Source of the DNA: the human T2T-CHM13v2.0 reference genome, Homo sapiens
Assembly (NCBI RefSeq): GCF_009914755.1
Contig: NC_060939.1
Strand: one strand, 5' to 3'
DNA: 64,000 bases
In this document: piece after piece, positions 17,151 through 32,204 of the stretch
Numbering within the stretch: the first letter of the stretch is position 1
Layout of the letters: each line of letters begins with the position of its first letter
Notes under the pieces: model-generated
What the model was told of the DNA's origin: nothing
What the model saw: only the letters and a program-made list of their open reading frames with translations
Database searches by the model: none
Program-made: the position numbers and the translations under genes

Positions 17151-19863
17151 ACCTACTGCTTTCCCCTGGTAAACCTGGTTCCAGCCTCACTGTCCTCATT
17201 GTTAGTGTTTCTGTGCAGGGATTTCTTCCCAGCATTTCTCAGGGAATTTATGTGGCTTTCCAAATCTCAAAAGAAAAAAAGTTGCAAACTGAAGAAAATG
17301 GGAGAAAGTATCCTAATCCTCCTATGAGAATTAAAACTTAGCAGCCGACCTAGAGATGTTACTGAAGAAATTCACCAATGTCAAGTTGAAAACCAGCACA
17401 GGAAATGCTGAGTTCGAGGTTGAGGTGAACATTTTCAGGAACCAGGTCAGGAGCACTTGGGAGAGACATGGCCACAATCTCATCAGTCAGTCTTGTTTGT
17501 AGTTGGTGCCATGAAAGCCTATGTTCCTGGCCCTGTGTGCCGCTGGCAGTGAGTCATTCTTGCAAATAAAATATAAATAGGTTGATACTCATTGTATACT
17601 TTATACAAATTCTATGAGCAGTGTTCAAAAAAGTAACGGGTTTTGGATTCAAAGTAAATCCTTAAATTGACAGTTTCCAACCCATGATTCTGGGTAGTAC
17701 AGTTAACCCTGCTAGGAGATCTATTATTTGAATACTCCTCAATAATGTTCTCTGTGTTTTCCAGCATTTGAATATTTGCTATAAACCCCACTTCTTGTAA
17801 ACACTTCTAAATTTAATAGTTCTCATTTTTTAAACAAAGGCTTCAGATACTTGTAATAATGAGTAAAGAATATGAAGAAGGTAGAGAATATTTTAAGAAT
17901 AAGATTTTGAGAACAGCTGGTAATTCTGATTTCCTGTTTCTGCATCCCAAAGATCAGTATCTGTCAGGAATTTGGAAACACTTGTTGTTCCTCCAGTCCA
18001 AATACACACACACACACACCAGCCTGAAATACAGTTTCCCAGCTATCCACCTGGTTTGCTCCTCTCTTTCCTCAGGCGTCCGCTTCCTCAGGAGGGCCTT
18101 TCCCAACCACCCTGTATAAAATAATTATCCCCATCTCCACACTCCCTACCCTCTGTCCCCTCAACCCTGCTTTATTTTTTTATGAAGAAGAGAGATGACA
18201 TTATTTGGATTTTGATATTAAACAGCTAGGTTATCTTAGGTAAATACATAAGCTTTTGTGGGCCACAGTTTCTTCATTTGAAAAATGAAGTTGGACTAGT
18301 TTTGCAGTGCTTAACTGCACAGAGCATTAGAATCACCTGGGGAGACTTCATAAACTACACAACCAGGGGTGTACCTGAGATCAAATGAATCTAGGCCTTC
18401 TCAACTTTAATGTGCAGACAAATCACCGAGGAATCTTGTTAAAAATGCTGATTCAAAAAAAAAAATGTTGATTCAGTATCAGGTGAGACCTGAGACTAAC
18501 AGGCTCCTAGATGATGCCAATGCTCCCCGTCCACCGACCGCTGTTTACCTAGCGGCAAGACGAGATCATTGCCAAGTGCCTGCACGGTTCTCATACACCA
18601 TAAACGAAGGCCATTCTTTCCAGTTTTTAATTTGGTGACTAATAGTGTCCACTAAGAAAACAATACCTTCCCAATTTCTCGGGGGGGGAAGGGGCTGAAC
18701 TAAGAAAAAGCGGACCTATGATTACTGCTGTTTTCATTTTTTTAACTGTTGTTTTTAAAATGCAACATAAGATGCATATAAAGCAAGTGAAAATAAAATT
18801 CGGGTTCCACGTAAACTTTGTGTCTCTTCACTGTTTGTAACCTTTCCAGACTAAGTCCCTATTGACTATATTTGCATAAAACTATTTATCTCATTTTGAA
18901 TTGTTTTGTCTCTGTGTCACTCTCACGTGTTTATTTACCTCCTGCTGCTTCCATTTTGTAAACTGCCGAGAGGCTGTGTGTGCCTTAAGGGCCAGCTTTA
19001 ATAAATTGCATTTGTTGTGTATTTGTTTTTAATTTCCCCAGATACTTCTGTGTCAGCTATTGCAGGTGACACCCTCAAAACAGCACGGGGATATAAGTCC
19101 GAGAGCACCAAATGTCTATACTGTGTTTTCTGCAGTTCCATTTTCAAAAATCGCAAACACATCCTGGAAAGTGTTGTGCCCTTCAAAGTCATTCATAAAA
19201 ATTTCTTCTAGAGTCAAGATATTTGAAGCTAAAATTTCCCTGGTCTCATTCCAGGTTGGTGACATATGGCAGTGGCAGTGTTAGTTTCGGAGTTAGCTTT
19301 TGTTTTTGTTTGCAGTCTCTCCCTACTCTTGACATCCTCCTTCCGAGTGGAGTCAGATTTGAATGAATGAAAGCGAGCAAGAGCATTGTTTGCCATCTGG
19401 GCACCAACTACCATTTCAGCCTTGTTGCCCCGGTTGCCCTTTCCTCACCATAAACTTCAACCGAATGTAACAATATGGTAGGAGAGGGATCTCATTAAGC
19501 CTCATATCGTAGATTCTACACACTGGATTTTGTGTATAATAGCCATTCCTACTGGAGAGCAGATAATAGTGTTTACCACTGGATAGTTCCCATGTCCTGT
19601 GAATCTATGCTTAGTGTTATTGAAAAACTGCATTTACAAAGTGTTTCAGACTTGCCTTCCAAGCATCATTTCACTTCATTCATAACATTCTATGAGTCGG
19701 CACTAGTATTACCTGGATTTAGAGTTGAGAAGCAGAGCACCTAAAGGGTAAGTAATTGTCCCAAGGTCGTTGGGGAACTAACTGGCACCGGGATTCCAAC
19801 CTAGGTTCCAAAGCCTGCCCTCCATCTCCTCAGGGGTCCGAATTCTAGAAGAGGAGATATTTG

Positions 19864-19882
19864 TGTCCACTAGATGGTGCTG
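19864..19882 (+). promoter_or_regulatory. CTCF-like binding motif
   Basis: TGTCCACTAGATGGTGCTG is a close match to the CTCF core CCAC(C/T)AG(A/G)(G/T)GGCGC. It sits between the GPR176 3' end and the FSIP1 promoter. Confidence 0.65.
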
Positions 19883-20333
19883 ATTGTCCTCTTAAAAAAA
19901 AAAATTGGCAGCCACTTTCAGAAACACGTTCCTTTGGATTTTAGGTGTAATTCAAGAAACCACTGAACTGAAGTATCTTGTATGTCTGAATTGTGCCTGG
20001 ATGCATCTTTAAATAGCCACCCAAATAGGAAAAGTGAAAATTTGATCTCAAAAAAACTGCATTTTTTAAAATGTTAGTACCTATAAATAATATCAAAAAA
20101 CCATGGTGACTTTGAGACTCTGAAAATTCTCATACATCTGTATTTACATTAAATCAGTAGACTTAAGAAGAAATACATGTTTTATTCCATGTACCCCTTT
20201 TATACCAACTGTACTCCCTCCAGCATCTCCCAATCCTGCTTGGCCACAATGCCATCCATGCCAGCAAGGGTCATGAACAGGGAAGTAAATAAAGCCTGAA
20301 AAAAACAACAATCAGATTCTGGAACAGGTAACA

Positions 20334-20567
20334 CTTTTTTCTTTTTCTTTTTTTTTTTTTTTTTTGAGATAAAGTCATGCTCTTTCACCCAGGCTGGAGT
20401 GCAGTAGCACAATGATCATGGCTCACTGCAGCCTCAACTTCCCAGGTTCAAGCAACCTCCCACCTCAGCCTCATGAGTAGCTGGGACTACAGGCATGCAA
20501 CACCATGCCCGGTTGAATTTTTTTTTTTTTTTTTGTAGAGGTGAGGTCTCCCTATGTTGCCCAGGCT
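20334..20567 (-). mobile_element. Partial Alu (AluJ-like)
   Basis: Reverse Alu right arm plus part of the left arm. Confidence 0.85.
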
Positions 20568-21269
20568 TAATGCTATTATTATTGAAAGTAAAATACATGT
20601 TAAGTATATGTTTCATATGTGCTTAGTACCTTATTTTAGTACATTTTTTAGAACTTAAAAGCTGTGAAATAAACCCGATTCAAATGGGTTGTCAGATTTT
20701 GTTGTTGAGAAGGATCAGTTCAGGTGTTATTTAAAATATTGATTCTAGTCCCTATTACATGATTCAGTGGGTCTGGAATGCAGACCAGGAATCTGCATTT
20801 TTAACAAGTCCCTTGGTGCTTGTGGTACAGATGAACCACTGACTTCAAGTTAATGTTTTAGAGGGTAAATAGTGGTGAGGACATTGCTCCTGGAGGCACC
20901 ATGGAGCCCCCTGCAGCTGTTCTACACGGAGGCTGTGAACAGTGACATCCAGCACTTCCTTTGTAAACAGCAGGCTAGAGACTGAAAAATGCTCTCCCTG
21001 TAGAACTCTTTCCCTCCTCTCCCTGTCTGCTGTGGAGTGCTGCACAGAATTAGCTGCTGGTCAGTGGATGTCTCCATTTTTTAAAAGATCAAGCTTACAA
21101 CTTCTCAATGCCTATTGGTCCAAAAACAGTGATGACTTTAGGTTTGTTTTCAGTTAAAGAAGTTAGATCATGTATTGTCATATAACTATTCAACTGGCTC
21201 GAGCGATCCGAATGTCAACCTAGGGGGCCACAAACTTCCAGGACATTGTGAAATTGTGTAAAAATCAGT

Positions 21270-21297
21270 GCACACATACACACACACACACACACAT
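21270..21297. repeat. (CA)n microsatellite
   Basis: cacacatacacacacacacacacaca. Confidence 0.85.
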
Positions 21298-21923
21298 AGC
21301 AGTGCAGCTACATGTTTCTGGCCTAGAGGGTTGTTTTTAAAGATAGTAAAGTAAATCAATGAAAACGAAGGTATGTTATAATATCCAGAGTCATTTGCAG
21401 GGGGAAGGTGTCATGTCAAGTGGGCCCTAAAGCAATCAGCTCTGCCAAGTGAGTCATTCTCACCAGAAAGGAGAAAAAAATCGGTTTCTCTTCTTTTCTA
21501 AGGAAATTCCCTCAAAGTAACAGACTGCTTAACTTTCTCATGATCTTACTGGCTACAAAGTTTGGTCACCCGCAGCAACTCTGTACCTGTAAAGATTTAA
21601 AGAGTTGGCAGAAACTTCCCAAGGCCAGCTGCAGTTTCAGTTGCTGGATGCCCACTGAGATTAGTGTCTCGCCCCTGTCAGCTGAATGGATGTGACACTG
21701 CTTGCGCATAATGGCTGAAATTGCACTGCAACTATCAATCCTGGGCTGAAACCAACAGATTCTGAACATTGCCCATGCATTGGGTTTCATGCTTCATGCT
21801 TTCAACCTACAGGTAAGCTTGTCTCTGAGTCCAAAACCTAACTTCAGTATTGAGCTTGGTCTCTCTGATCCCATAGGGGTTTGTTAGTTTGTTGTTTTAA
21901 ATTGGATCTCCTGATCTGTGTAC

Positions 21924-22275
21924 TTGGTTGAGGTAAGCAGGTCTATGCAAACCTACCCCCAAAGGCCAAGGAAGCTGAGAGGCCAATGAAAGAAGCTGAC
22001 AAGTCCAGTTTCTCAGAAAGAAACATTCAATAAGGGCTTACAAACAGAAGCCATGTCTCTGGCGGCCAGAGAGACAGTGGATCCCCGCAACTGCCCTCCA
22101 GAAAGCATCTTTTATATAGCAAGATTTTAGGGAAAGATGTGCAGCCAGTCATGCCTCAGGCCTTCTTGCAAAACTCATGACCCCTGGGGTGGTTAGATAA
22201 GCATCTCTATGAGAGTTTATCTATGCTACAGGAACACATTGGTCATCTTGCTATGCAACAGGCCGTTTTCCTACA
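21924..22275 (-). mobile_element. ERV1 solo LTR (MER93-like)
   Basis: Reverse complement begins TGTAGGAAAACGGCCTGTTGCA; near-TSD GTAC/ATAC. Subfamily from memory. Confidence 0.55.
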
Positions 22276-23748
22276 ATACTAAAATGAAGCTTTAGTATAT
22301 AGTTATGTAAGCCTTCATTATTATGTAAACCTTTGTACATATTTTAACAAAAAATAAAGGAAGCTAAAATAATTAAGATGCCATATTAGAAACATTCAAA
22401 TCAAATATTTAGGGTGTTAAGCAGCAAGGTAAGGAAATGATTTTTCTCAGAGTTAACATCTCAGACATAAAGAAATAAGAAGTAAACCACCCCAGGGGTT
22501 TGTTCATCAGTCATGGGTCAGGCTGCCACAATGTTTAAGTCTCATCCTGGCATTCTTAGCTTCTCACTTTATTTCTTACACAATCTTTTTCTTAGCTGGA
22601 ATCCAAAGTAATGTTTCTATCTGAACATACAGTGTTTATTACACTAGGAACTAGTCATCATTTTGAAGACTTGGTTTTCTTGTTTACATTTTTAAAATTT
22701 GATCATCCAAACTCCTTTCTTAATAGAAGCTGGCTTATTTTCCCCTTATTTTGCCATAATAGGCAAACTAAAATTAGTGCTTTAATTTTGTTCAAAATTT
22801 GTGATGTTTTATATTTTTGTAATTCATCACTGACACACATTTTAAAATACACATCTCTGGATTTTCTGTCCTGTCTTTGCCAAGAACAGTGTGGCCTGGG
22901 CCTAGTCTCTTAACCTCTTTCCACCTCAGTTTCTTTGTCTAGTAAATAAGAGGTAGATAAAGGTTTCTACCACTACTTCCAGCTCTGAGACCCTGTGATT
23001 TTCTGATTTAAGCAGTCTCTGCTCTCTTTGGAAATGACCTGCTTCTCAACCCAACATTCATAACAATGTAAAAGGCATCTGCTCAACGTGCATGGCAGCA
23101 AGAATTACTTGTTTAGAAACATCTGGGTAATGGTAACAACCATCTGTCTTGTCCCTGCAATTGTCGAACAAAGAATTAAGCAAGCAAAACCACAAGAGAA
23201 GTGCCCTATTTTTATAGAACGATGCAATAGAACAGAATTTGTTTAGGTTTTATGAGAGTTGCATATGTATCCCACCTCTGTTATGGAACGGCAAGCCTCT
23301 TCACCTCTGCAGACTTCAGTTTACCAGCCTATCTGTCAAACAATGGGAAGATAACTCTCTAGCACTGTTCCTTATTTTGTTGAAATAGAGAAATTAATAT
23401 GTTCTTGAGACACTATACTGAATTTTTCATTGCACTTGTTAATAAAATGAGTATTTTCATGTCAAATAACAGCAACCATCCAATCCATGCTGGAGAATGA
23501 AAGAAAAGCAGATGAATTATCAGGTTCAATTCATATCTGGTGTGCATTAAATGCTCATCTATCTTGTATAGCTTGCTACAGATGATGGTATTTTGGTGAA
23601 AATTGCCAACAATTTTTTAAATGAATCTAGAGATCATTACCTGGACCCAAATTTGTGAGAATTTTGCATTCGGGTGGACACTTGCATCCATGCATTCAAT
23701 TTTCTATCATTCATTGGTCATTTTTTCTGAGTTAAATCCTCTAGCGAG

Positions 23749-24091
<343 letters not shown>

Positions 24092-24433
24092 TCAGCATTT
24101 CTCTAATCATGCCTAATTGCTCAGAGATTCTGACAGGGATAGGAACAAGATGGTCACATGAATCTTCTCCAACTCCTCACCTCCATTCCTTTGAGATAAA
24201 AAGTGTTGGAAGTCAGGGGGATTTCTAGGTACTAACTATGCAATAGTTACCCCTTCACAATAGTTAGCAGGGGAAGAAATGGAAGGCCTTAATTAAGGAA
24301 ATATTTCTTTATTTCTCAACCTACTATCTACTGAATTACTTATATTTCATCATGAAAAAGACATTTAAAAGCAGTGGTTTCTGTCCTCCATAATTTGCTT
24401 ATGGAGTAGGCATTTTTAAAAATTATTAATTCA

Positions 24434-25030
<597 letters not shown>

Positions 25031-25462
25031 AAGAATCATAAGTTCTGATCCATAGTCTTGGACAAAGCACTTAATTTCCTGGACCTCAATTTCTTTATAT
25101 TAAATTACAGGGGTGGCATATGACTAGGCTAAAATTTTCCGAATTCAAAATGTTATCACTATATAAAGTAAATGAGAATTTTATGGTGAAAGAAATCTTT
25201 TGAATTTAAGAAAGACTTGTCATTCATCAAAAGAAAGCACTGGAGAGCAGGGACCATATCTTGAACACTTTATATTCCATTACAATAGCATGTATTAAAT
25301 GCAATAATATTTACTGCTATGAATGAATGAATCTTGTTAATGTTTCATGTCCTTACAGGGAAGAGTATCAAGTGACTCTCAGGAATGTGGGCAATGGGTG
25401 AAAGTGATTCGATGGCAGAAACTTTTAAAGTTAAGTAAACTCAGTGCAGAATTAACAAGGAG

Positions 25463-25682
25463 GGCCAGGCACAGTGGCTCACTCCTATAATCCAGCACTT
25501 TGGGAGGGGGAGGTGGGAGGATCGCTTGAGCCCAGGAGTTCAAGACCAGCCTGAGCAACACAGCAAGACCCTGTCTCTACAAAAAAGTTCTTTAAAATTA
25601 TCCCTTGAGCCCAGAAGTTTGAGGTTGCAGTGAACTATGATGGTGCCACTGCACTCCAGCCTTGGTGACAGAGTGAGGCCCT
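25463..25682 (+). mobile_element. Old Alu with an internal deletion
   Basis: The left arm joins directly to CTTGAGCCCAG of the right arm. Confidence 0.8.
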
Positions 25683-28600
25683 CTGAAGGACCCTTTGAAT
25701 GTCCTTTTAAGGCCATATAACATCTTCTTATATCTCCCTGAGGAGATTAAGAATGGGTTGTTGTTTTTTTTAAGTTATCTTCTTTTTGTATATCCTGTTT
25801 TTCCCCCCAATTTTTTTTCTTGTATGTTTGTTTTGGCATCTGCCTGTATGTTAGATACTTTCCTCAGAGGACTGGTCATCCTTGGCTGTCTGCTCATGTT
25901 TAAAAGTCTCAGAAAAAAAAAAAAAAGCGAAGATATTAACATGGAGGACACAGGACATAAGAAGATGCCTCTGAGTGCTCTCCGCAGAGCGACCTCAGTC
26001 TTGGCATTCCTTCAAGAGTATCTTAACATTTATTTTAAACTGAATGCCTCTACAGCAAAACAGGGGAAATCATGAGGGAGAAGAAGTAAATTTGGAAAAT
26101 AACATTGAGCAAAACAGCTGCCAAGCATCAAGGATTTTCATCTAGTCCCCAGTACATTTTAATGATATGTGCCAAGTGGGTATTCAAAAAATAGTTATGA
26201 TAATGATAGATGATAATGATCATCAGTACTTTAGAGGGTGCTGTGGAAGAATTGGGCTTTAATGCCTTCTCTACTGTTTTTAGCTCTGTCTCTAACTTGC
26301 TTCGTCTCTTAGGGCTAATGACGTGGCCATCTGTGTCTCTAGTTTCCCCATCTGCAAAAAAGAGATTGTATCATTTCCTACAGAAAGCCCGTGGACTGTG
26401 CTTTAATATCCTCCGGTGAAACATCATATCTAAATATAAAGCAGACAATAAGAAGCCAAATATTACCAAGGGAATAAACTTTAAGACAGAGTATTATAAA
26501 TTAAAATGAATTAAGAACTTCTAAGTAATATTCTACTGACCTTTGGTTGATGCAAAGGTACCTGTATTGCATACACTTTAGATTTTTTAAAAGTAGATGA
26601 GAACATAAATTATAAATACATAAACAAATCTTAGGATGCTTTGACTCATTAAACTCAATATCTTAGACATATTAATCCAAAATATTTTGTGGGTTCTAAA
26701 TTAATTTCTAAAGCAAACCAGCATTACTTAAATTAAATCTATATAACAAAGTAGCAATAATCCTTAAAAGCACTGTAAAAATACACAGAAGAAGAAAGAA
26801 GAAATCTTTCTTCTTGGCTATAGAGAAGATATGGGGAGAAAAGTAGAATTCATTGTAGCCCATGATTGCCTAGTTCATACAGCCAAGCCAAAGGTATTAT
26901 CTGAGTACATCTGACATGATTTGAGTATATCAGCAAAAGCCATCAGTTTCTCTGACCCTGACAGCCTAAATTGCCTCATTTTCTAAATTTCCTCTAATGA
27001 TGTATATTGTTTCTTCTTTTTTCTTTTGTTTAGTCTGATGGAGCCTTGCAAAATTCAGAAGACTTTTAACATTAATGTGTATTCTTATCAAAATAATACA
27101 CGTAGACTGTTTTAAAATATAACTAAAAGTCTTAAAACAAAACAAACAATAACAGTCCCAGAGAAAAGGACCTGCGATAATTTTAGCCGCCTCTTCTGGC
27201 AGTCATCACACATCCCCATATTTCTGAATAACTCACATTCTACTCTGTTTCGCGTCACACATTTTGAGCATAATTTGATTTGGCCCCCTGTCATGGTAGG
27301 GGAGGATATTGCTCTCTTGTGCAATACTTCCAATCCTTAGGAAGGTAAAGTCCTGACTGGAAGGGCATTGGGAATGGAGTGTGGGGAGAAGATATGGAAG
27401 TGCAGGGTAGTGGGGAAGCTGGACTAAGGAGAGGCAGCTGGCCCAGCAGTGTGGCACCAACAGCAGATCTAGCCAGGGCTCTAATTACTTCTCAAACAGC
27501 CATCAACCTCCCCAACCTGAGCTTTCATATCAAAGTCACCTAGAGAAGCCAATACCTTAGCTAAGAATTATTACTGTCAGGCAAAAAAATAAAATAAACC
27601 TCTTGCAAAAAAACTGGAAACTAAGACAAACCCATAGAGAAGAATTATCCTTAATATCCTCAGCGAGATAGTAGAAAATGTTTCTTTCCCTTAAAAATGA
27701 AGATCCAAAGGACACAAAAGAAAAGAAAAGAAAAAAAGAGAGGAAAAAAAGCTCCAGGGAAGTTCTTAAGTCTGCTGCCCAGTCAGTTACCACCTTCCAT
27801 CTGCTTTCCAGCTTCTAAAATTTGTTGCTGTTGTAGACTCACCTGGAACCAGAGAGCACTTTGTCTTCTCTCCTATTCCTTGCATCCTTCTGGATTTATG
27901 ACATTTCTTTTTAACCCCTTAAATGTGGTTTTAGTGGCATTTCAGGAAGAAATAGAATTAGACACGTATAATCAATCAGTCATTTCTTATCAGGAACCAC
28001 ACATGGTTCCTTTGTGGGGTTTTCTTCATTAAGTCAATATAAAACTTCAGATACAGCATAAAAAGGTAAATCCCAGGCAGGAAAACAGTGAATTTTTTTA
28101 GAAGATTACTTTATTTTATTGAGATTGTATCCCCAAACAGGAGCAATTTCTGATGCGTTCTTCTTTGCAAATAATAAATTAGCTCACATATCAAGTATGA
28201 TGAGGGTGCTTTCTGCAGAAAATTGTAAAACTTTGACTCAAACTTGTGTGTACAACATGAAATTTATTGTCTCACATTAACTGGAAGTTCAAAGGTAGAG
28301 ACATGTGACTTAGCAGCTGAGTGACATCATCAGGTACATGTTGCCCTGTCTGTACTGTGCTGTCCTCTTTGTCACCTTTATTCCAAGGCTGGCTCCCCTA
28401 ACTGTCGTCATGATTTACTGTAGAGTCTGAACTTAGAATTGGTAACTAATCCAAGGAAGCTTCCTTTCTTGTTCCTTAACTGTAGCCCAGGGAGATCCTA
28501 GTACTCTACGGTTACTTTCAGATATTGAAGAGTCTGGTCCAGTTTTAAAGTTCACGATGATGCCTAATGTAATGCTCTTCCTCTCCCCCAACTCAGGCTT

Positions 28601-29270
28601 GATCTGTAGCCCAAGGAACTCACCATGAGTGGATGAGAATCCTCTCCTCCTATAGCTTGATGTTTCCTCTCGCGGGTCCCCCTTCTGCCTCCATGGAGTT
28701 AGGAGGAAGGATGGGCAAAAGGAGGAAACATCTTCTCCTTGATTGGTGCAGCCATTGTTCTCTCATTGGTACTTGGTGGGGAATCTCCAGAGGTGTGGCA
28801 TGTGGCCCTCAGTGTACACATCTCTGGTGCCAGACACAGTGCCGGCCTGACCACTTTCAACCCCTCTCAGCATCCACCCACAGCCTCCTCCAAGTCTGGC
28901 CAGGGGCCAGTTTTCAAGTCGAGTTTCTGTGGTGTCTCCTTGACATTGAGAAAATCACCCATTCTCACCATGCCACATGATGGGTGTGCAGGATGCCCTC
29001 TCTGTTTACTCTGTCATCTCTCTCCAATTCCTTTCTCACACCTCCAAATTCAGAGGGCCGATCAGCAAGCCCATCCCTGAAGCAGATATCCAGCTGAGGA
29101 AAAGCAGCCAGGCTTGCATTTTTCCACCGAGCAGATGTCTCATGACCTACACAACTCTCTTTAAATTTCTTCTGTTTTCTCCATAAATAACCTGGGTTTG
29201 CATGGAGGACAGAGGTAAGGGTTGGGGAGATGGTCCCCCCCTCCTCAAACCACCTCAAACTTTTGGCTAA

Positions 29271-29425
29271 CCCAGCGTGTCTCAACCTTAGCACTACTGA
29301 TATTTTGGACCAGATAATTCTTTGTTGTGAGGGCTGTCCTGTGCATTAGAGGGTATTTAACAGCATTCCTGGCCTTTACCCAGTAGATGCCTGGAGCATG
29401 CCCCACTCCTTGACAATTACGACCA
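29271..29425. mobile_element. MER20 fragment
   Basis: ctcaaccttagcactactgatattttggaccagataattctttgttgtgagggctgtcctgtgca matches MER20. Confidence 0.75.
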
Positions 29426-31239
29426 AAACTTCACTGGCCTAACCCCAAGAGTCCCCTCTGTTCTCCTAACACCTAGGTTTTGAGACCCAAATCTAGGAAG
29501 AGATTCAAAGGATATCTGCTTTCCCTTGAGGCAATGAAAGCCTCGTCCCCTCCCCTGAGGCAATGCATGTGAATGAGAGGGGCCAGGCAAAGAGAGAAGA
29601 GAAGTTAGATGCACAGGTAATATGGTTAATATAGCAAGAGCATCATGCCGTGTGTTCTATTTTCTCACCTGTTGCCTTAGAATGTATACCACGTGTTTAT
29701 TCTAGTAACTCCTTTGTGTGTGTATTACATTTTGTATATGGACTGCAATGAATACACATATAAAGAGAAATTTAAGGGAGGCAGAAAGATTTCATCACTA
29801 AGTTCTGATCAACATAGCTGATGAATAATTATTCTTCAAGCCCAACACACATGCCTGGAACTGCGTTTCTCAGTATTGAACTTCCCCTCCAACTTTGGAA
29901 CTTACACTCCTAGTGCATTAAAAGGAGGCTTGGGTATTTGAAGGAGATGGATCAAAGGCCTTGCGTTTGATGCCTTTTAACTCTGCAGGAGTCATTCCAA
30001 GGAAATCAATAAGAGCCAGCAATAACTCCACTGAAAGCAAATCTTTCATCACTCATACACGACAGAGACCGCACCCCTGCTCCAGGTGCTGTATCTCTTA
30101 TGTATTCATTCACCATTCACTCATTTCAATCTGGCAATAAGAAGCCCCTGAATCCCCAGGACATGAAGTGCTATAGAGGTTCGCATAAACAATGCTGGAG
30201 ATCACAGTTTCATTTCTATACAGGTTTCCAACCTTTATTCTACTGATCAACTGATACCTTTGGCACAAATGGGGGAAAACATGGGTTGAAACTGAGGCTA
30301 AGAAAAAGGGAGCTGTTTTATCTTCTGAAACCTCATGTATGGAGAATCTAAGCTCATTTCCATTTATTTTATACGTCTTGCACAAAAAGGCTTTTGATGC
30401 TGCCCTGGGCATTGATACTTATTTCAATTCCTATTTTATTCACAGATTCCCAGGTTATTTACCATGACTCATTTCTCTTTTGGTTACAGAGCTCTAATGT
30501 GGCACACTAGTTGGGATACAAATCTGCTAAATATTTACAACTATTTGGGGAAAGTGCATCACTATGTTATGGTATTATTGACACTGTATGTTGAGACGTT
30601 GGTACACTACACTATGAAAGCATTAACCCTTTCCCTCCACCACAATTCCGCCCGTAATAAGCTTTTTTCCTTGTGCATCTCTGATCCAACCTGTAGCAGC
30701 AGCTCCATATGCACAGAGCCACCTCACCTCGGGCAGGTCTGCCAAGAGCTCAGCAGTACCCAGCTGGGATGCAGCAGTGGCTTTCCTCCTCAGATGAATC
30801 AGACTGGTGCTTGAGCTCCAGATGTTCATTTAGCCCACCAACTAACTTGCAGTTTCTTTCCTACAGATGGGGCCACTTTGGATTTGCATATCTGTCCTTA
30901 GATACTCTATGTACTCTACTCTGTTCTTACTTCGATACGGTCATTGAGTGCATTCATATTCAGATATGGCCTACACGTTAGTGGCCAAGGTGAACCTTCT
31001 TTTAACATCCTATTTTTTTCAACTGAGAATTGTCTAATTAAGAAATACTCTGGCTTACAGAGTTATTTTTTCTTCAGGGAATCTAATAGTCCCTTGGCAT
31101 TATGTATTACCCCAAAGTATCATCATTATGAAAATTAATTACTGTTAGAATAACTGGGGAAAAGACCTACAGTTTTCTAAGAATATTCCGCATAAGCTGC
31201 CTAGCCACTTTATTTTTTTATGTAACGTATAAGTGCTAA

Positions 31240-31870
31240 CACTGATATAGCTGTACTCTGTGCCAGGCATTGTGTTAAACAGATTATCTCATTTAATCCT
31301 AACAGGTGCTCTATGCCTCACTTGGACTCCCTGAAAACAGAGCTTGAGATGAGGGCTTTGTGCAGGTAGTATGTTTGGGAGGTGATCCTTGAGGCATGAA
31401 TGAGGACTGCAGAAAGTGAGTCAGAGAAGGAGAAAGTAGAGTCAATATAAGGCTGCATTATTGAAGTGCCATGGTGGGCCACAGGGACTTAACTCTGTGT
31501 CAGTGACCTCTTGAGAACTGGACAGAGGCCTCCCACAATTGTCCAGCAGGACAGGAAGCAGGGGTATTTATCCAGTGGTTCCCATGCCCCACAGGCCAAG
31601 GATTATTCCCAGACACAGGGAGCTCTGCTTGCAGGGAAGCGAGTAGATGCCGCCAGCAACAGCCCACTGCAGACACAGCTAAAGTCATAGGTGAAATATG
31701 TGAGAAGGGGCAACAGAAGCTTCTGACACAATTATTATCCTCCCATTTTACAGAGAGAGAACTGAGGTACATGGAGGTTACTTCATCCTCCCAAGGTCAC
31801 AAGGCTAGTCAGTGTGGGGCCAGGATTTAAACACAGGCAATCTGACCTCAAAGCTCATGGCCCTAACTGC
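31240..31870. mobile_element. MIR interrupted by an old ERVL/MaLR LTR remnant (~31312-31728)
   Basis: MIR halves (tgtgccaggcattgtg...atctcatttaatcct and attattatcctcccattttacagagag...ccaaggtcac) flank LTR-like sequence. Confidence 0.6.
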
Positions 31871-32204
31871 TGTGCTCCTGACCTCCCGCAGGAGGGATGA
31901 TGACGGCTGCACTCCAGGCTTCCCTTGTGTAGCTCCGCCTAGAGATTTGGGTGTCTATCGCCAATTCAATCTGGAACCCATCTTGGTGATATTTTTTCAA
32001 CTGTTGCAGTTCCTCCTTAGGGAATTTATTTTCTTTTAGTTGCAACAACACAAGAAAATGCTACTGAAATGCCACATCTGCATTCATGAGAAAAAAAAAA
32101 TGAATATCTTTCATCAGAGACCATGTAGGAAGAGACAGGTTCCAACAGTATATCACTTGAGGGAGAGAAAAGGGGGAGAAAATATAGCTCATAAAACTTT
32201 TCTT

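Noticed and set aside
16835-17341. 168-aa plus-strand ORF
   Set aside because: Largely L2-derived, with a non-ATG start and no protein-like features.
18660-19450. Unique-looking intergenic block as a coding exon or pseudogene
   Set aside because: Only short ORFs with no recognisable homology. It may be regulatory, but that needs conservation data.
26850-26960. C/D-box snoRNA-like motifs (ATGATT...CTGA)
   Set aside because: Imperfect C box, no terminal stem and no host-intron context.
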